A stretch of DNA of 63,906 nucleotides, the filler included, from Squatina squatina (taxonomy: Eukaryota): the NCBI GenBank assembly GCA_031763465.1. It is 4 parts of 4 records of this genome, joined end to end, with 100 filler letters (N's around TTAATTAATTAA, not from the genome) between each part and the next. Parts side by side here need not be neighbours in the genome. Positions count along the whole stretch, not along the records: positions 51,990 to 63,906 come from JARFOE010062771.1; 3 more parts are not named here. One strand, written 5' to 3'. The notes beneath the pieces are model-generated. The model had not been told where the DNA came from and made no database searches. It saw only the letters and a program-made list of their open reading frames with translations. The position numbers and the translations under genes were made by a program. This document shows, piece by piece, positions 59,901 through 63,906 of the stretch (position 1 is its first letter; every line of letters begins with the position of its first letter).

Positions 59901-62900
59901 AACACACAGCTGCTCATACTAAACACAAAGCTCTTCACACGAAACACACAGCTCCTCACACTAAACACACAGCTGCTCACACTAAATACTTAGCTCCTCA
60001 CACTATGCACACAGCTCCTCACACTAAACTCACAGCTCTTCACACTGTGCATACAGCTCCTCACACTATAGTAACAGCTCCTCACACTGAACACACAGCT
60101 CCTCACACGAAACACAAAGTTCCTCACACAATACACTGTTCCTCATACGAAACTCAGTTCCTCACACGATGCACACAGCTCCTCACACGACACACACAGC
60201 TTGTCACACTATGCACACTGCTCTTCACACTGAACAGCCACCTCCTCACACTATCAACACAGCTCCTTACAATTTATGCACAGCTCCTCATAATAAACAC
60301 ATAGTTCCTCACACGATAAAGTCAGCTCTTCACACTAAGCGACCAGCTCCTCACAGTATGCACACAGCTCCTCACAATATGCACACAGCTCCTCACACTA
60401 TGCACACAGCTACTCACAGTATGCACACGGCTCCTCACACTGAAAACACAGCTCCTCACACTATGCACAAAGTTTTTCACACTGAGCACATAGCTCCTCA
60501 CAGTATGTACACAGCCCCTCACACTAAAAACACAGATCTTCACACTATGCACACAGCTCCTGACACGAAACACACAGTTCCTCACACTAACCATGGAGCT
60601 CCTCACACTAAAGACACAGCTCCTCACACTAAACACACAGCTCCTCAAACTATGCACACAGTTCCTCACACTGAACACACAGCTCCTCACGCTATGCACA
60701 CAGATGCTCACACTAAAAATACAGCTCCTCAAACTATGCACACAGTTCCTCACACTGAACACACAGCTCCTCAAACTATGCACACTATTACTCACACTGA
60801 ACACATAGCTCCTTACACTATGCACACAGTTGCTCACGTTAAAAACACAGCTCCTCACACTAAATACAGCTCCTCACACTGAACACACAGCCCAGCACAC
60901 TAATCACACAGCCCCTCACACTATGAACACAGCTGCTCACACTATGCACAAGGCTCCTCACAGTAGACACACAGACCCTGACTCTAAACACACAGCCCCA
61001 CAATATTCACACAGCTCCTCACACTATACACACAGCTCCTCACACTGTGCACAAAGCTCCTCACACTATGCACACAACTCTTGACACTGAGCATACAGCT
61101 CCTCACACTAAACACGCAGCTCCTCACACTGAAGACACAGCTCCTCACACTGAACACACAGCTCCTCACACTCAACACTCAGTTCCTCACACTGAACACA
61201 CAGCTCCTCACACTAAACACACAGCTCCTCACACTAAACATACAGCTCCTCACACTAAACACACTGTTCCTCACAGTAAAAACACACAGCTTCTCACACT
61301 ATGCACACAGCTCCTCACACTAAACACAGATCTCCTCACAACACACAGCTCCTCACAATATAAACACCGCTCCTCACAGTAAACACACAGCTCCTCAAAC
61401 TGAACACACAGCTCCTCAGACTAAACACACAGCTCCTCACACTAAACACACAGCTCCTCACAATATAAACACAGCTCCTCACACTAAAAACACAGCTCCT
61501 CACACTAAACCCACAGCTCCTCACACTAAACACACAGCTCCTCACAATATAAACACCGCTCCTCACACTAAACATACAGCTCCTCACAATATAAACACCG
61601 CTCCTCACAGTAAACACACAGCTCCTCACACTAAACACACAGTTCCTCACACGAAACACACAGTTACTCACACTAAACACGCAGCTCGTCACACTAAACA
61701 CACAGTTCCTCACACTAAACACGCAGCTCCTCACACTATGCACATAGTTCCTCACACTAAACACACAGTTCCTCACACTAAACAAGCAGCTCCTCACACA
61801 AAAAACCCAGTTCCTCACATGAAAAACACACAGCTCCTCACACTATGCACACAGTACCTCACACTTAAAACACAGCTCCTCACACTAAACACACAGCTCC
61901 TCACACTGGACACACAGCTCCTCACAATATAAACACAGCTCCTCACACTAAACACATAGTTCCTCACATTAAATACATAGTTCCTCACACTATACACATA
62001 GCTCCTCACACTAAACATACAGCTCCTCACAGTATGCACACAGCTCGTCACACTACGCTCATCACACTCAACACATAGCTCCTCGCAATATGCACACAGT
62101 TACTCACACTAAAAACACAGCTCCTGACACTAAACACAGTTCCTCACATTAAACAAATTTCCTCACACTGGGCATCAAGCTCCTCACACTGAACACCCAG
62201 CTCCTCACACTAAACACATAGCTCCTCAAAATATATAGGCAGCTCATAACACTAAATACACAGGCTCTCACACTATGCACACAGCTCCTCAGAATGTACA
62301 CACAGCCCCTCACACTGAACACACAACTCCTCGCACTAAACAAAGAGCACCTCACACTAAAAACACAGCCCCTCACACTGAACACAGCTCCTCACAGTAA
62401 AAACACAGAAACTCACACAGAACTCACAGCCCCACACACTGAAAACACAGCTCCTCACACTAAACGCAGAGCCCCTCACACTGAACACACAGCCGCTCAC
62501 AAAAACACACAGCTCCTCACACTAAACACACAGCTCCTCAGACTAAACACACAGCTCCTCACTATATATACACAGCTTCACACACTAAACACACAGCCCT
62601 TCACACTAAACACACAGGCCCTCACACTGAACACACAGCCCCACACAAAAACACACAGCTCCTCACACTAAACACACTGCTCCTCAGACTAAACACACAG
62701 CTCCTCACAATATATACACAGCCCCTCACACTAAACACACAGATCCTCATACTAAACATACAGGCCCTCACACTAAACACATATCTACTCATACTGAACA
62801 CACAGCCCCTCACACTAAACACACAGCCCCTCACACTGAACACACAGCCCCTCACAATATATACACACCTGCTCGCACTAAAAACACAGCTCCTCACACT

Positions 62901-63906
62901 AAACACACAGGGCATCATACTAAACACACTGCTCTTCACTCTGTGCACAATGCTCCTCACAATGAACAAACAGCCCCTCACAATATAGACACAGCACCTC
63001 AGACTAGACACACAGTCCCTCACAATATGCACTCTGTTCCTCACACGGAATACACATGTTAAAAACACAGCTCCTCACACTGAACACACAGTTCCTCAGA
63101 CAATGCAGACTGCACCTCACACTAAACACACAGCTCCTCACACTGAGCACAGACCTCACACTGAGCACAGGTCCCAACACTGAACACACAGCTCCGCACA
63201 CTAAACACACATCTAATCACACTGAACACACAGCCCGTCACATTAAAAACACATCCCCTCACACGAAACACACAGCTCCTCACACTGAACAAAGAGCCCC
63301 TCACACTGAACACAAAGCTCCTAACACTAAACACACAGCCCCTCACAGTAAACACACAGCTCCTCACACTAAACACACAGGCCCTCACACTAAACTCACA
63401 TCTACTCACACTGAACACACAGCTCCTCACTCTAAACACACAGCTCCTCCCACTAAACACACGGCTCCTCACACTAAACACACAGCCCCTCACAGTAAAC
63501 ACATATCTGCTCACACTGAACACACAGCCCCTCACACTAAACAAACAGCCCCTCACACTAAACACACAGCTCCTCACAATAAACACACAGGCTCTCACAC
63601 TGAACACACAGCTCCTCACACTAAATACACAGCCCCTCACACTGTGCACACAGCTCCTCACATTAAACACACAGCTCGTCACACAGAACAAACAGCCCCA
63701 CACACTATGCGCACAGCTCCTCACGATATTCACACAGCTCCTCACACTGTGCACACAGCTCCTCACACTAAAGCAACAGCCCCTAACACTAAACACACAG
63801 CCGCTCACACTGAACACACAGCTCCTCAGATTAAACACACAGCTCGTCACACAGAACAAACAGCCCCACACACTATGCGCACAGCTCCTCACGATATTCA
63901 CACAGC
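56919..63906 (-). repeat. 21-bp minisatellite array, right arm (inverted; C/A-rich on +)
   Basis: Consensus TAAACACACAGCTCCTCACAC, the reverse complement of the left-arm unit, roughly 330 units, running to the window end. Confidence 0.97.

Noticed and set aside
51990-63906. CRISPR array
   Set aside because: The units are contiguous degenerate 21-mers with no unique spacers, there are no cas genes, and the context is vertebrate
51990-63906. Telomeric repeat
   Set aside because: There are no (TTAGGG)n runs; the period is 21

Overview
This is vertebrate DNA, not prokaryotic. The repeat landscape (CR1, L2 and RTE LINEs, a Deu-domain SINE, Harbinger relics, Penelope-type repeats) points to a shark or other cartilaginous fish, in a heavily gapped assembly. 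The window is a concatenation of four records joined by an artificial N44-TTAATTAATTAA-N44 linker (20310-20409, 34858-34957, 51890-51989). Segment 1 (1-20309) is mostly intronic or repeat DNA with one FN3 exon of a DCC/neogenin-family gene on the minus strand. Segment 2 (20410-34857) holds six exons or exon blocks of a FAT4-family protocadherin (cadherin repeats, EGF, laminin G) that looks diverged from canonical FAT4. Segment 3 (34958-51889) has minus-strand exons of IL1RAPL2, an NRK/MAP4K4-family kinase, RADX and RNF128, in the human Xq22 order but collapsed by gaps. Segment 4 (51990-63906) is a gap-free array of about 11.9 kb of a 21-bp minisatellite that flips orientation at about 56917 and shows higher-order structure. 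I see no CRISPR array, operon or prokaryotic defence system, and no clearly novel system. The best leads are the divergent FAT4-like paralog, the ancestral-looking NRK, a candidate minimal hammerhead ribozyme in a Penelope-type repeat, and the inverted satellite. Homology calls come from remembered protein and repeat motifs, not from database searches.
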